DNA of 64,000 nt. It comes from Eledone cirrhosa (Eukaryota). The first letter of the stretch is position 1, and every line of letters begins with the position of its first letter. Made by a program: the position numbers and the translations under genes. A model generated the notes under the pieces. It saw nothing but the letters and a program-made list of their open reading frames with translations. It was not told where the DNA came from and did no database searches. Location: assembly GCA_964016885.1 (NCBI GenBank), contig OZ024742.1:319424001-319488000 (forward strand), in the 5' to 3' direction. This document shows positions 44,318 to 56,286 of this stretch, in pieces.

Positions 44318-46272
44318 ACAGCTGTCGTCTTTCATGCGCATCACGTGACCGTACCAACGTAGCCTTCTCTCGAGTAAACAACATCTGATCCCTCTTATTT
44401 CTAATTTTTTCCTTAGTTCGTTTATGCTTTGCCGTTCACGTATATTACTATTGCACATCCAGCGGAGCATGCAAGCTTCGTTCCTCTCTAGTCTGCGTAT
44501 ATCCTCTGCACACAATGCCCAGGTCTCACTGCCATGCAGCATTGCTGTTCGTATGCAGGCATCGTATAACCTGCCTTTCATTTTTAGGGAGAACCCTCTA
44601 GCGGCTAATAGTGGTATAAGCTCTCTGAACTTTTTCCATCCAGTTCTGACTCTAGCTACTGTACTTTCAGAGCACCCTCCCCCACTGCTGATTTTGTCAC
44701 GCAGGTAACGGAAGCTGTCCACTATTTCTATAGAACCCTCTGCGCAGTTGAAGGAGCTAGTATTTTGTGGGCACTTGCTGCTACTTATTGCACCAGAGCA
44801 CCGGCCACATGTAAAATCTATGTTCTTAGTTAGCTTACCTGTGATCCCACTACATCTTTTATGCACCCATACTTTGCATTTGGGACATAAAATGGAGTTT
44901 CTACCTACGCCTTTCCTACACACTGTGAGCATGGCCATTTCCCAGATGGGACTGCCGCCTTATTTTCTTTCCTACAAACTAGAACTTTAGTCTTAGCCAG
45001 GTTAATTTTAAGGCCTTTTGATTCTAGGCTGTGCTTCCATGTTTGGAATTTCTTCTCTAGTTCGGTCATTGATTCAGCTATGAGCGTTAGATCATCTGCG
45101 TATAGGAGTTCCCATGGGCAGCCGGTCTTGAACTCCTCTGTTATAGCCTGAAGGGCAATAATAAATAGTAGGGGGCTAAGAACAGAGCCCTGATGGACAC
45201 CAACTTTTACGCTAAACTCTTCACTATATTCGTTGTTAATTCTAACCTTACTGACTGTTTCTTTATACATGGCTTGTATAGCTCTCACAAGCCATTCGTC
45301 AACACCTAGTTTTCTAAGAGACCACCAGATAATGGAACGGGGGACTCTGTCGAAGGCTTTCTCCAAGTCGACGAAAGCTAAGTATAGGGGTTTACTTTTA
45401 GCTAGGTACTTCTCCTGTAGTTGTCGTACAATGAAAAGAGCGTCTGTGGTACTTTTGCCTGACACAAATCCGAACTGCATTTCATCTAGATCAATTCTCT
45501 CTCTGATTAGTTGCGCTATTACTTTTTCCGTGACCTTCATGACCTGGTCGATTAATTTAATGCCTCTATAGTTACTCCTATCTAGGGCATCTCCTTTTCC
45601 CTTATAGCAGTTAACGATGATGCTGCTACGCCAGTCCTTCGGAACAACCCCATTCTGTACGACTTGGTTAACTATCCGGGTGACCATGGTGTGTCCCACC
45701 GAACCAGATGCCTTCAGCATCTCAGCAACTATTTCCGAAGGACCAGCCGCCTTACCCGTCTTCATATCTTTGATTGCCTTGCTTATTGTACTACCCTGGA
45801 CTAACACTGCTGGTCCCTCTATTGGGTCGATGTGGGGGAGACTGTCTTTCTCCCATTTGTTCTCCTCATTTAGAAGCCTTTCGTAGTGACACTTCCAAGC
45901 TACCTTCTTATCAGCGTCGGTGATGGCAAGTATGCCATCATCGTTAAGTACACACTTCTCCCCGACAATATCACGGTTTTCCTTGACACATTGCCTGGCA
46001 ATCCTGAACACTTCACGTTTTTGGTCCTCACGTTGTAGAACATGCTTGAACTTTCTTTCCTCTGCTTCCCTTCTTGCGAAGTACACTTGTCTCCTAGCTT
46101 CCCTCCTGGCCACTTGATAGTCTTCTCTACTTCCCCCATCCCGCCATGCTTTCCAAGCCTGCTTTTTGGCCTTAATTGACTCCTCCACCTTACTGTTCCA
46201 CCACCATGTTACTCTCCTCCTACCTACAGGCCTGCTCCAGCCACAGACTTCGTCTGCCACCGTCAGCAGGTT
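44318..46272 (-). mobile_element. RTE LINE fragment (RT + PHD-like), truncated at both ends
   Basis: ORF 44905-46329 with full RT motifs; 2-nt insertion near 44925; ends at MKDDSC where the Penelope sequence begins. Confidence 0.94.
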
Positions 46273-47097
46273 TGATATATGTATATATATATATGCACAC
46301 CCATCAATCCATTTAAGTAGAATGCTCAAAGAAGTTTGACTTTAAGAATCATTATTAATCATTTAATCATTTTAACATTTTTCAGACACCTGTTTTGTTA
46401 AGTTGTAATTCTCACATTTTTGATCATTTGTTGTGATCTCTCAGAGTACTTTGATCTGCCAACTTTGATATAGTTGTGAGTATAGTAGTACTCTCTCTCT
46501 CTCATTCTCTCTGTCTCTGTCCCCCCCTCTCTCATCTGCTCAAGGAAAATCATTATTGCAGAGAGAAACTGAATATCAATCATTAGAGGGGGAAAATAGT
46601 GAGAGAGAGTGCTTTGATTTGGAATTATTGCTGATCAAGATTTTGTCAGTGTGTAATGTCTAAGTTAGAAATCACCAGCTTCTCATTCAAAATGTCTATT
46701 TTTTGTTGTTGCTGTTTTGTTTGTTTATTAGTAATTTCTAATGATATTGTGTGAAAGGTAGCCGCAGACAGGTTTTCTCTCTGTCATTCCCTTCCTGATT
46801 AGTAGTTGTCATACAACAGAAAAAAAAGTACAAAGTACATCTATGTGTGGATTACTAGTGGCATACTATAGAGAGAGAAATGTTGGAAAACCAGTTGGAG
46901 GAATAAATCATATTGAATTATTGTCAGTTAGACTCCAGCTGTATTATTCGATGCTCGGCTTGCTGTATCAAACTATTTTTTAATGTGTACACATGAACTA
47001 AGAATATTCTAGTACTGTTCATTTTGTAAACTGCTTCACCCCCCCTCTCAATACTGACAAAATTTATGTGTATAAATTAGTGGAATTGTTTGTCAGT

Positions 47098-47138
<41 letters not shown>

Positions 47139-47633
47139 TTCTGCTTCGACTCCTTCTCTTTCATTTTCTTCTTTTTCTTCTTTGTCTTTTATTTCTTCGT
47201 CTTCTTCTTCTTCTCATTGGTGATTTAATCAGCACCATGTCATGTGGCTTTCGTAAATATACATCTTTTCAGTTTTATGCTATTATTTTTCATGTTTCGA
47301 TTTTACGGAGGAGCTAAGCTGTATGGGGTCTGAGGACACCTGAAGTCTCGACGGCGGCCAGTGCAAAGAGGAAGCAGCCGGAGAGCCCTTGTATTTACTT
47401 CTGTTCCTGTCCTCTACATTGTGGGTTGTGATACCGGGGTTTGTGGCCGAAGTGACTTAGTTGAGTTGGAGACTGTCAGAACATGTCACTTCCCAGATGA
47501 ACGATTTACCCCCTTCAAATGGTTGGGGCCTACTGGCTTCAGTTGTGATGGGAAGCCGGCTGCATCCAGGCCCCTTCTCATTATGTTGTTGAGAGCAGCA
47601 TGTCTACTGAGCTACAGATATTGTTTATGCAGG

Positions 47634-47656
47634 ACACACACACACACACACGCACG

Positions 47657-47754
<98 letters not shown>

Positions 47755-47837
47755 ACACACGCACACACCACACACACCACACACACCACACACACACCAC
47801 ACACACCACACACACCACACACACACCACACACACCA

Positions 47838-47875
<38 letters not shown>
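47634..47875. repeat. (CA)n/(CACCA) microsatellite
   Basis: Direct reading. Confidence 0.97.
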
Positions 47876-47877
<2 letters not shown>

Positions 47878-48668
47878 ATTATCGTCATTATTTTATGTCT
47901 GATTTTCTATGTTTGCGTGTGTGTTTAGGTTATGTGCTTTCAGTTAAAATTTAAATAATGTCATTATTGTATGTAAAATGAATCAGTACTATAATTTGTT
48001 ACCTGTAATAACTCGTTTCACTGTATTTTGTAAGCTAACATTTTAGAGTTGATTCTGATTGTTCAGCTGAGTCTTAATTTAATTTTTTATGAGTAGTCAG
48101 TCCTTGATGAAAGGTTTATTTAGGTAGGCACTACATGAATTTTTTTATGCTTAGATATCTTTTTCCATTACTGATTTATTATTTAGAGCTAGTATCATGT
48201 ATGGGTGAAGCTTCAGTTAGATTTGATAATATCTGACTGATTACACTAGTGTCATTTACTGGTCATCAACAGTTGAAGTAAGGCAAATGAAGTAAATTGT
48301 TAGAATAATTTGACTGGTGAAATATGAGATAAGGACGTACGCAGATAGACCAAAGTGGCAAATCTTCCTTACCCTATGTCCATAAAAAATATATTGTTCT
48401 GAATCCTTGGGTTATTGGGACAACATCAAAGAATCGGTCTGCTTATAATAATTGAAGGGCAAACATATCGAAAAGGTTTCCTATTGTCTTTAGCAGGTCC
48501 ATGGAAATACATGGGATCAACAATATAAGCTAAAGAATGAAACAATTCTCAATTATTTAGTACCTCTGTAGTATATATTAACTTCACACCGTACCTATTT
48601 ACAACCAGATGAACTAAGCTTTTAAAGACTCTTTGACAAAACATAACTACTGATAATAGGATACAAAC

Positions 48669-48803
48669 TGATGACATAATGGTTGGTTGTCAGGTTGACA
48701 CCTTGTTGGTTTGATGACATGATGGTTGGTTGTCAGGTTGGCACCTTGTTGGTTTGATGACATGATGGTTGGTTGTCAGGTTGACATCTTGTTGGTTTGA
48801 TGA
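48669..48803. repeat. 43-bp minisatellite x3
   Basis: TGATGACATGATGGTTGGTTGTCAGGTTGACACCTTGTTGGTT at 48669, 48712 and 48755. Confidence 0.93.
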
Positions 48804-51049
48804 GCCTCTGACTCTCACCTGTATATGTTTATTTTGCAGATACTCTTTCTAATTTTTTATTTTTTATTTCCTTGAGCCATCAATTCCTGATGAAATTGCA
48901 GGTACACTGTCATGACATACATGTCTTGGATATCCAAATTTAGTATTGTCCATGCCTTTTCCAGACCTTTCAAAAAGCCAATATCTTCTTGAGAGAAAAG
49001 AGGAAGAGAGAGGAGGTGAAATAAAATAACCCCAGTGCTGGACTGGAACTTCATTTATCCACTCTGAAAGAATAAAAGACAAAATTGACGTCTGCAGCAT
49101 TTTGAGTCCAGAGTGCAGAGAACTGGAACAAATACCACAAGTTATTTTATTCACTGCTTTAGTGACACTGCTAATTCACTGCCCTAGTTCTTAATTAGGA
49201 TTTATTCAAGAGCAGCCAACTGTAGAAAGATATGTCTGTATTTACAGAACAATAATACATCATGGAAAAATAGATATTAATTTGAAACTTTGTATATTTG
49301 GTGAAGAAGGAATGTTGTATTTGAAAGTTACTTAAAAATCATTAATTTCACTTGGATCACACCCAACATTATTAATTTCTTTTTTTAAGATATATACACA
49401 CAATTTTATTAATACTGTGTATGTGTGTGGCATTCACTCTCACTGCAGCCCCCATCTGAACACTGTAGTTTATTTCCAATTTATTCTATAAGTGCATGGT
49501 ATTGATTGTAAAATTATCATCAATAACATGAGTTGATAGGTAGTTTTGTAAATTTAGCAACTCTACTTTTGTGTCACATTGGCTCCTGCCAAATGATTTT
49601 GGTGCAAAATGCTAAATGAACAATTGTCTGTGTATCCTTAGGTCTATTTGCTGTTATGAATATTTTATTAATGAAATGATGTAAACTTCTATTTTCACGG
49701 AGATGCAATGTCTTTCTGAATAGTTTCATTAGAGAGCTAGATGCTAAACGGGTGAAAAATATTTAATAATTATTTACATCATTGAATTGTTGGCAATTTT
49801 CTATGGCAGAGTTAGCTATAGAAGGAAAGAAAGAAAAAAGTAAATGACATTAATCATTGCAAGATGCTGCACAGTGGATTGTTATAACTTGCAGTAGATT
49901 GTACCCAGACATTAACCAATGAGGGCGTTGCCAAATTCTTACACAAATTCTGAATTTCTTACTTTTGCTAACTTTATCTTGGAACTTTTATTTATAGCTG
50001 TAAGCACTGACAAGTTGGCATCAGATTTATACTGAAATTACTTGGTCATTATATAATTTATCATGCATAGTAATATTGTTGTTGTTTTGCCCTGGGTCTG
50101 CTTTGATTGGGCAGACCTATGATCAGCTGTAACCATCCCATCTTTTTTTTTTGTGTGTGTATGTGTATACAGTGTATCCAACACTACATTGTCTAATGTC
50201 TTTTTTTATAAGATAGTAAGGGTGTGATTTGAAGGGGATTTGACTTATATTTTTAGCAGGTTGAATGACTAATTTAGGTTACCTTGTTGGCTCAACTAGT
50301 ACCATAGTTTGTGTGCATGCAAAAAAGGCCAAACAGAAATCTAATTGAACTTATTTAACTTTCTGCATCATCAAAGTGTAACCAGAAAATATTTTAAAGA
50401 AAATGAAGCAGATTTTTTTACCAACACTATGCGTACTTTAAAAATTTGGAATGGACCAAAATCTGAATATTGGTGAGTTTTTAAATTTTCAAAAAATGCA
50501 TGCTATAGATAGGACAGCATGTTTGACTGAATTTTACTTTAAAAAAACAAAACAAAAGAAAACACTCAATGGTAAGTTAGCTTATAACTGAGGTCAATGT
50601 TTCGCCGATTTTCACCAAAATTTTGCATAAATAAGGTGCTAAAATATTTTTGCTTTGGAAGTGAATATTATACCAGTTTCACTTTCTACATGAAATTCAT
50701 TTTTGATGTGTTTTGAATAAATATGGCCTTCAAAGCAGTCAGATATTGGTAAAGAAAAATAATTATGTAATGGAGTTATGAAACAAAAACTATACTCTAA
50801 ATGACATTTAAAATATCAAAATATTCTCCTCTCATGAGAATTCCAAAACAATACTTTCTTGGCTTATACATGGGTTTTAGATTTTTACCCATTTCTCAGA
50901 CATAGAATGGGGAGCGAGGAGACCTATATTTGAGTATATATGCTAAGTGCCAGATTAGAAAAAAATAAATACTGGGTCGAAATGATTGACTATGATTGAC
51001 TATGCTTTAATCTGTTATTTTAATAAATATATATATATATATATATATA

Positions 51050-51992
51050 TTGATGACCGTGGATGACCGGATAAGCCTTCAGTCAGACCTACTGGCTGTT
51101 ACCCAATGGGCAGAAAAGAACAACATGTTACTGAACGAAGACAAATTCGAACTGATCCACTTTGGAAAAGAGGATGCTCTGAAACTCCCGTACTCCCTTC
51201 CCTCCGGGGAAACTCTCGTGGCATCTAACAACATCAGAGACTTGGGAGTAACCGTGGACAGCAACATAAGCTGGACGACGCATATAAGCAGCAAAGTTGA
51301 CATGGCCCGCAGAATGTGTTCCTGGATCCTCAGAACCTTCCAGTCGAGAGATTCCCGCACCATTATCCTTCTCTTCTCTACTTTCGCCCGACCACACCTT
51401 GAATACTGTTGTCCACTGTGGTCTCCCCACACGAAACAAAGTATCATGAAACTTGAAGCTCCTCAAAGGGCAATCACGAAAAAGATAGATGGCATGTCAG
51501 ACCTTGACTACTGGGGTCGATTGGAAAACCTGAAACTTTACTCACTCCAACGTCGCCGTGAGCGTTATATTATCTGCATGATGTGGAAAATGTTCCATCA
51601 TCACTGCCCAAATGATGTTGGCATCGCCTTCAAGATACACCCAAGGCTTGGGCCCCGTGCTATCCGTCCCATTCAAAAATCTAAATCGCAACTCATAACA
51701 ACAATACGGCACAATTATTTCACCTCAATCGGCCCTGCTCTCTTCAACATCACACCAGGACACGTCAAAACAGAAACTGACCACACAAAATTCAAGAAGT
51801 CTTTGGACAAATTCCTCCAAGTAATCCCGGACAAACCACCCACACCCGGATATGTCTCCGCAAACAGTAATTCTCTTCTCGAATGGGCCATGGTGCCCAA
51901 ATCCTGAATTGAAAGACTTCGCCAGGTGGTGCTATTAAGTTAGACATGGCCTGGGCCAATACTGGCCAAAACATTTCAAAGTTATTCAAAGT

Positions 51993-51995
<3 letters not shown>
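51050..51995 (+). mobile_element. CR1-type LINE 3' fragment bounded by (TA)n
   Basis: LQSDL..W...N.M..N.DK, RDLGV, RPHLEYCCPLWSP, LYSLQRRRER; 285 codons open. Confidence 0.9.
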
Positions 51996-52039
<44 letters not shown>

Positions 52040-52040
<1 letters not shown>

Positions 52041-52240
52041 GGAGATCTCTCTGCACTTGTCACATGGTACCATGGGCCCAGCACTATGTGTTAATAATTG
52101 TCACAAGTGTAGTGTTTGTACCAGAGTTTTCAAGTCGCTGGCTGGACTAAAAAGTCACATTCGTTCAGCGCATCGGTGGGGGTTCTCCTACACGCATATA
52201 AAGTAGTGGCCGTACTCGAAAACGAGTTGGCAGCCACCAT
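52040..52240 (+). mobile_element. LINE 3'-end fragment with C-terminal C2H2 finger
   Basis: HKCSVCTRVFKSLAGLKSHIRSAH between two (TA)n tracts, resembling C-termini of RTE/BovB-like ORFs. Confidence 0.55.
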
Positions 52241-52666
52241 ATATATATATATATGTAATTGTATGTGTATATATGTGTATGTATGTATAATTATTATATA
52301 TATGTATGTATATGTGTGTGAGTGTATGTATTTATTTAATTATATATATATATATGTATGTCTATGCGTAAATATATGTGTATTGCTTACCACGTGTGTT
52401 TGTTTATTTATTTGTGTCCGTTCCTGTATAGCTGTCAACGTTATAATAATTTTTATTATTTTTTATTTTCTGAAGTCGTATATTTTTTATTTTGATGTGC
52501 CGGCCTTTTGCTTTATTTTTTATTATTATTTTCTTATAATTAATTGTGTACGTGCGTATGTAGGTGTGTGTACATATATCTATATATATGTGTGCGTGCG
52601 TATGTATGCGTGTATATATGTGTGTATGTACGTGTGTATATATGTATGACTGTATGTATGTGTGTG

Positions 52667-52745
<79 letters not shown>

Positions 52746-52831
52746 GTTCTATTTAAATTGTTGAGATACAACAAGCAAATATTTTTATAACTGATATAAA
52801 GCACTCAACAAATTATTGGAGTAAAAATACG

Positions 52832-53279
52832 ATATATTAACAAATGGAAACTATATTTATAAAACCATATTTGTTTCATTATACATATTTCAGGGACACC
52901 AAGTCGAGTTATGGTGCGCTTTCATCAGATAAAATATGATGTAGATCGGTTTTATAAATAAGTATTGACGTACCCTTGAGGAATGCGACCATTTCTGTTG
53001 GAGGCTCCCGGATGGTGGGGTTGTTAAATTTGTTTAGTCTATTATGCAAATTAGTGTCGGATATACTAATTTGCATAATAGACTGGATAAATTTGGTAAC
53101 CCCACTATCCGGGAGCTTCCGACAGAAATGGTTGCATTCTTTAGGGGTGTGTCAATGTTTATTTATGAAACTGATCTGTATTATGTTTTATCTGATGAAG
53201 GCGCTCCATAGTTTGACTTGGTGTCCTTGAAATATGTATAATGAGGTAGGTATGGTTTTATAAATATAGTTTCCATTTG

Positions 53280-53288
<9 letters not shown>
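52832..53288 (+). other. Long fold-back element: 226-bp arms, 5-nt loop, G.U-rich
   Basis: Arms pair without indels around 53060; about 34 G.T pairs, one T.T, no A.C; lies in a ~540-bp island between two (TA)n tracts. Confidence 0.93.
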
Positions 53289-53350
<62 letters not shown>

Positions 53351-53433
53351 GTGTGTGTGTTTGTGTATTTATGTGTATGTATGGATATGTGTGTGTATAT
53401 ATACATATATATATTTATATGTATGTGTGTATA

Positions 53434-53505
<72 letters not shown>

Positions 53506-53576
53506 AGATCAAAAGAGTTCCAAGTACTTATCCGATATTTGCATTACTTTATTGTGCTACAATATAACTCACCTGC

Positions 53577-53641
<65 letters not shown>

Positions 53642-53747
53642 AATTAAAATACTAGAGTGCGTTGGAGTAAAACATACTCGTCATATTATAGAAATGACAG
53701 TATAGGATATAGCTCAATGTAATACAACAGAGCCGAAAAATTATAAA

Positions 53748-53768
<21 letters not shown>

Positions 53769-53783
<15 letters not shown>

Positions 53784-54131
53784 GCATCTCTAACAAAACG
53801 CACCCCCACCCCATCCACACCGCCCCTTTCAATGGAAAGTTATGTTGGTGCCACAACATCCAGGCCGAAACAAATGAGATCGTGTAGGTGTCATGACAAA
53901 AAAAAAACACAGTCCACGCTGTAATGTGGCCGTGTAGGCAACACGGTAAAAACCCTCCCAGTCCCACACTGTAAATGTGGTTGGTGTTAGGAAGGGCATC
54001 CAGCTGTAGAAAACCCGCCAGACAGTCCTATGCGAGCAAGACAACCACTCTTGCCTCAAGTGGGAAAACTCCCGTCCAAACCCATGCAAGCGTGGAACAT
54101 GGACGTTAAACGATGATGATGATGATGATGA

Positions 54132-54135
<4 letters not shown>
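53769..54135 (+). mobile_element. RTE LINE 3' UTR fragment with (GAT)n tail
   Basis: Similar to 29522-29878. Confidence 0.9.
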
Positions 54136-54168
<33 letters not shown>

Positions 54169-54471
54169 GTGTGTGTGTGTGTGTGTGTATGTATATATGT
54201 GTGTGTATATATGTATATATGGATGTGTGTGTGTGTATGTATATATGTGTGTGTATATATGTATATATGGATGTGTGTGTGTGTATATCTATATATACAT
54301 ACACATACATACATATACACATGCACACACATATATAATCATGATGCTATATAGCACAAGGAAAAATTTGATATATTCATTCACCACAAAAAACACTATT
54401 TTGGTACCTATATCTACCACCAACACTATATTAATTCACATCTAAATACACTGCTGGTTATATATTATTAT

Positions 54472-54660
54472 TGGATTGGCAGTACCGGTAGAGGGTCGGA
54501 CGCCATGCTTTGACGCATAGAGTTACGGCCCTTGCCATTCTGAGTTCAAATCCCGCCGAGGTTAACTTTGCCTTTCATCCTTACGGGGTCGATAAAATAA
54601 AGTACCAGTAATGCACTGGGTAATTGCTGGCCTTGTGCCAAAAGTAGAAACAATTATTAT

Positions 54661-54663
<3 letters not shown>
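54472..54663 (+). mobile_element. tRNA-derived SINE
   Basis: TGGCAGTACCGGTAG (A-box-like), GAGTTCAAATCC (B box), central GCCTTTCATCCTTACGGGGTCGATAAAATAAAGTACCAG, (ATT)n tail; second copy at 60680-60870. Confidence 0.85.
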
Positions 54664-54710
<47 letters not shown>

Positions 54711-55153
54711 GTATTGTAGTCAAATTAAAAAACAAACACATTTACATTTTTTTTTTTACTGTAGTATCTATATCTATGTGTGTGTATATATTTGTGAATG
54801 TTACTAATTGTATTTTAGTTCCTTAAGAGTATTCATGACCTCTGATTTTGTGCGCATAGCTTCAAGATTTGTGTTTTTGTGGAGTGTGTGGGTGAAAACA
54901 GGTATAGCAGATACTAAATAGCTGTTGCGCAATACAGTTAAATTGTCACTGTGACCCAATACAATACCAAGCAAGCTGTAGGATTTCCTGCTATACTACT
55001 GAAATAGATTTTGTTTGTTTGTTTTTCGTTATGGATAGACAAATAATGCATAATAAAATACAGTGCTGTTGGTTAGAGTAGGTTGCTCTCTTTTACTTTA
55101 GGCTTTGTGTTGAGTGGGTAAAATACATACTATTCTCTATGGAGTCAATTTAA

Positions 55154-55391
55154 CCCCTTTGTTACCATATTTCTAATGGAAGACACTGCCTATAATTTTC
55201 AAACGATTTTGAAAATAATCAAGAATTGTGAGGGATTTAGTAATATAACTAATTCTCTTATTACTAAGCTGGTGTTTGGAATAAAACTTAAAAGTTCTTA
55301 ATTAAATTTATGATGGAAGTTTTTTTTAGATAAATAGAAACACTTAAAAATAAATAGTTTTGTATCATAGAATCAGAGGTGGTTAAAGGGG
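55154..55391. mobile_element. piggyBac-type MITE
   Basis: TTAA|CCCCTTT ... AAAGGGG|TTAA; related fragments near 57270, 57725 and 60510. Confidence 0.7.
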
Positions 55392-55550
55392 TTAAAAAAA
55401 ATAAAGGTCTTATTCTCTCTTACAGGCTCTGTGAGTGAAATACAGTGCTATTGGCTAGTTTTAGGTTGCAGTCTCACTTTAAGCTTTGTGATAGAAGCAA
55501 ACAAAAAAACTTACATACTTTTTATTTTTTTCAGTTAATTTAACTCTTTT

Positions 55551-56286
55551 GAAGCTTGCATGCTCCGCTGGATGTGTAACAGTAATATACGTGAACGGCA
55601 AAGCATAAACGAACTAAGGAAAAAATTAGAGATAAGAGGGATCAGATGTTGTTTACTCGAGAGAAGGCTACGTTGGTATGGACACGTGATGCGCATGAAA
55701 GTCGATAGCTGTATAACAAAGTGCAGGGCAATAAAGATAGACGGTAGTCACGGAATAGGCAGACCTAGAAAAACCTGGGACGAGCTGATAAACTCCGACA
55801 TCACACACTTACACCTCTCCAAGACAATGTCACTGGACCGAGACCTTTGGCGGTACTCAGTAACAGAGAAGACCCGCCTTACCTAAATATATAGTAAAAC
55901 CTACTCCAGCCAGTAGGCATCTCTAACAAAATACACCCCGTCCCACCACCACCACCCCCACCCGATCCACACCACCCCGTTCTATGTAAAGTTATGTTGG
56001 TGCCGCGCCATCGAGGCCGAAACAAATGAGATCGTGTAGGTGTCACGACAAAAAAACACACAGTCCACGCTGTAATGTGGCCGTGTAGGCAACACGGTAA
56101 AAACCTCCCAGACCCACACTGTAAATGTGGTTGGTGTTAGGAAGGGCATCCAACTGTAGAAAACCTGCCAGACAGTCCTATGCGAGCAAGACAATCACTC
56201 TTGCCTCAAGTGGGACTACCCCCGTCCAAACCCATGCAAGCGTGGAACACGGACGTTAAACGTTGATGATGATGATGATGATGATG
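55551..56286 (+). mobile_element. RTE LINE 3' fragment inserted into a second MITE copy
   Basis: Nearly identical to 29160-29878; the flanks rejoin as TTAACTCTTTT|GTTACCATATTTCT. Confidence 0.92.

Noticed and set aside
47090-47954. Hydrophobic and His/Thr-rich ORFs
   Set aside because: Derived from (CTTT)n and (CA)n microsatellites.
48813-49154. Possible minus-strand exon ending at a CAG/GTGAG donor
   Set aside because: All three frames stop shortly before the donor and the peptides are unrecognisable.
53183-53215. CTGATGA in the G.U hairpin as a hammerhead core
   Set aside because: No properly placed stem II/GAAA/stem III, and the motif is buried in the long helix.
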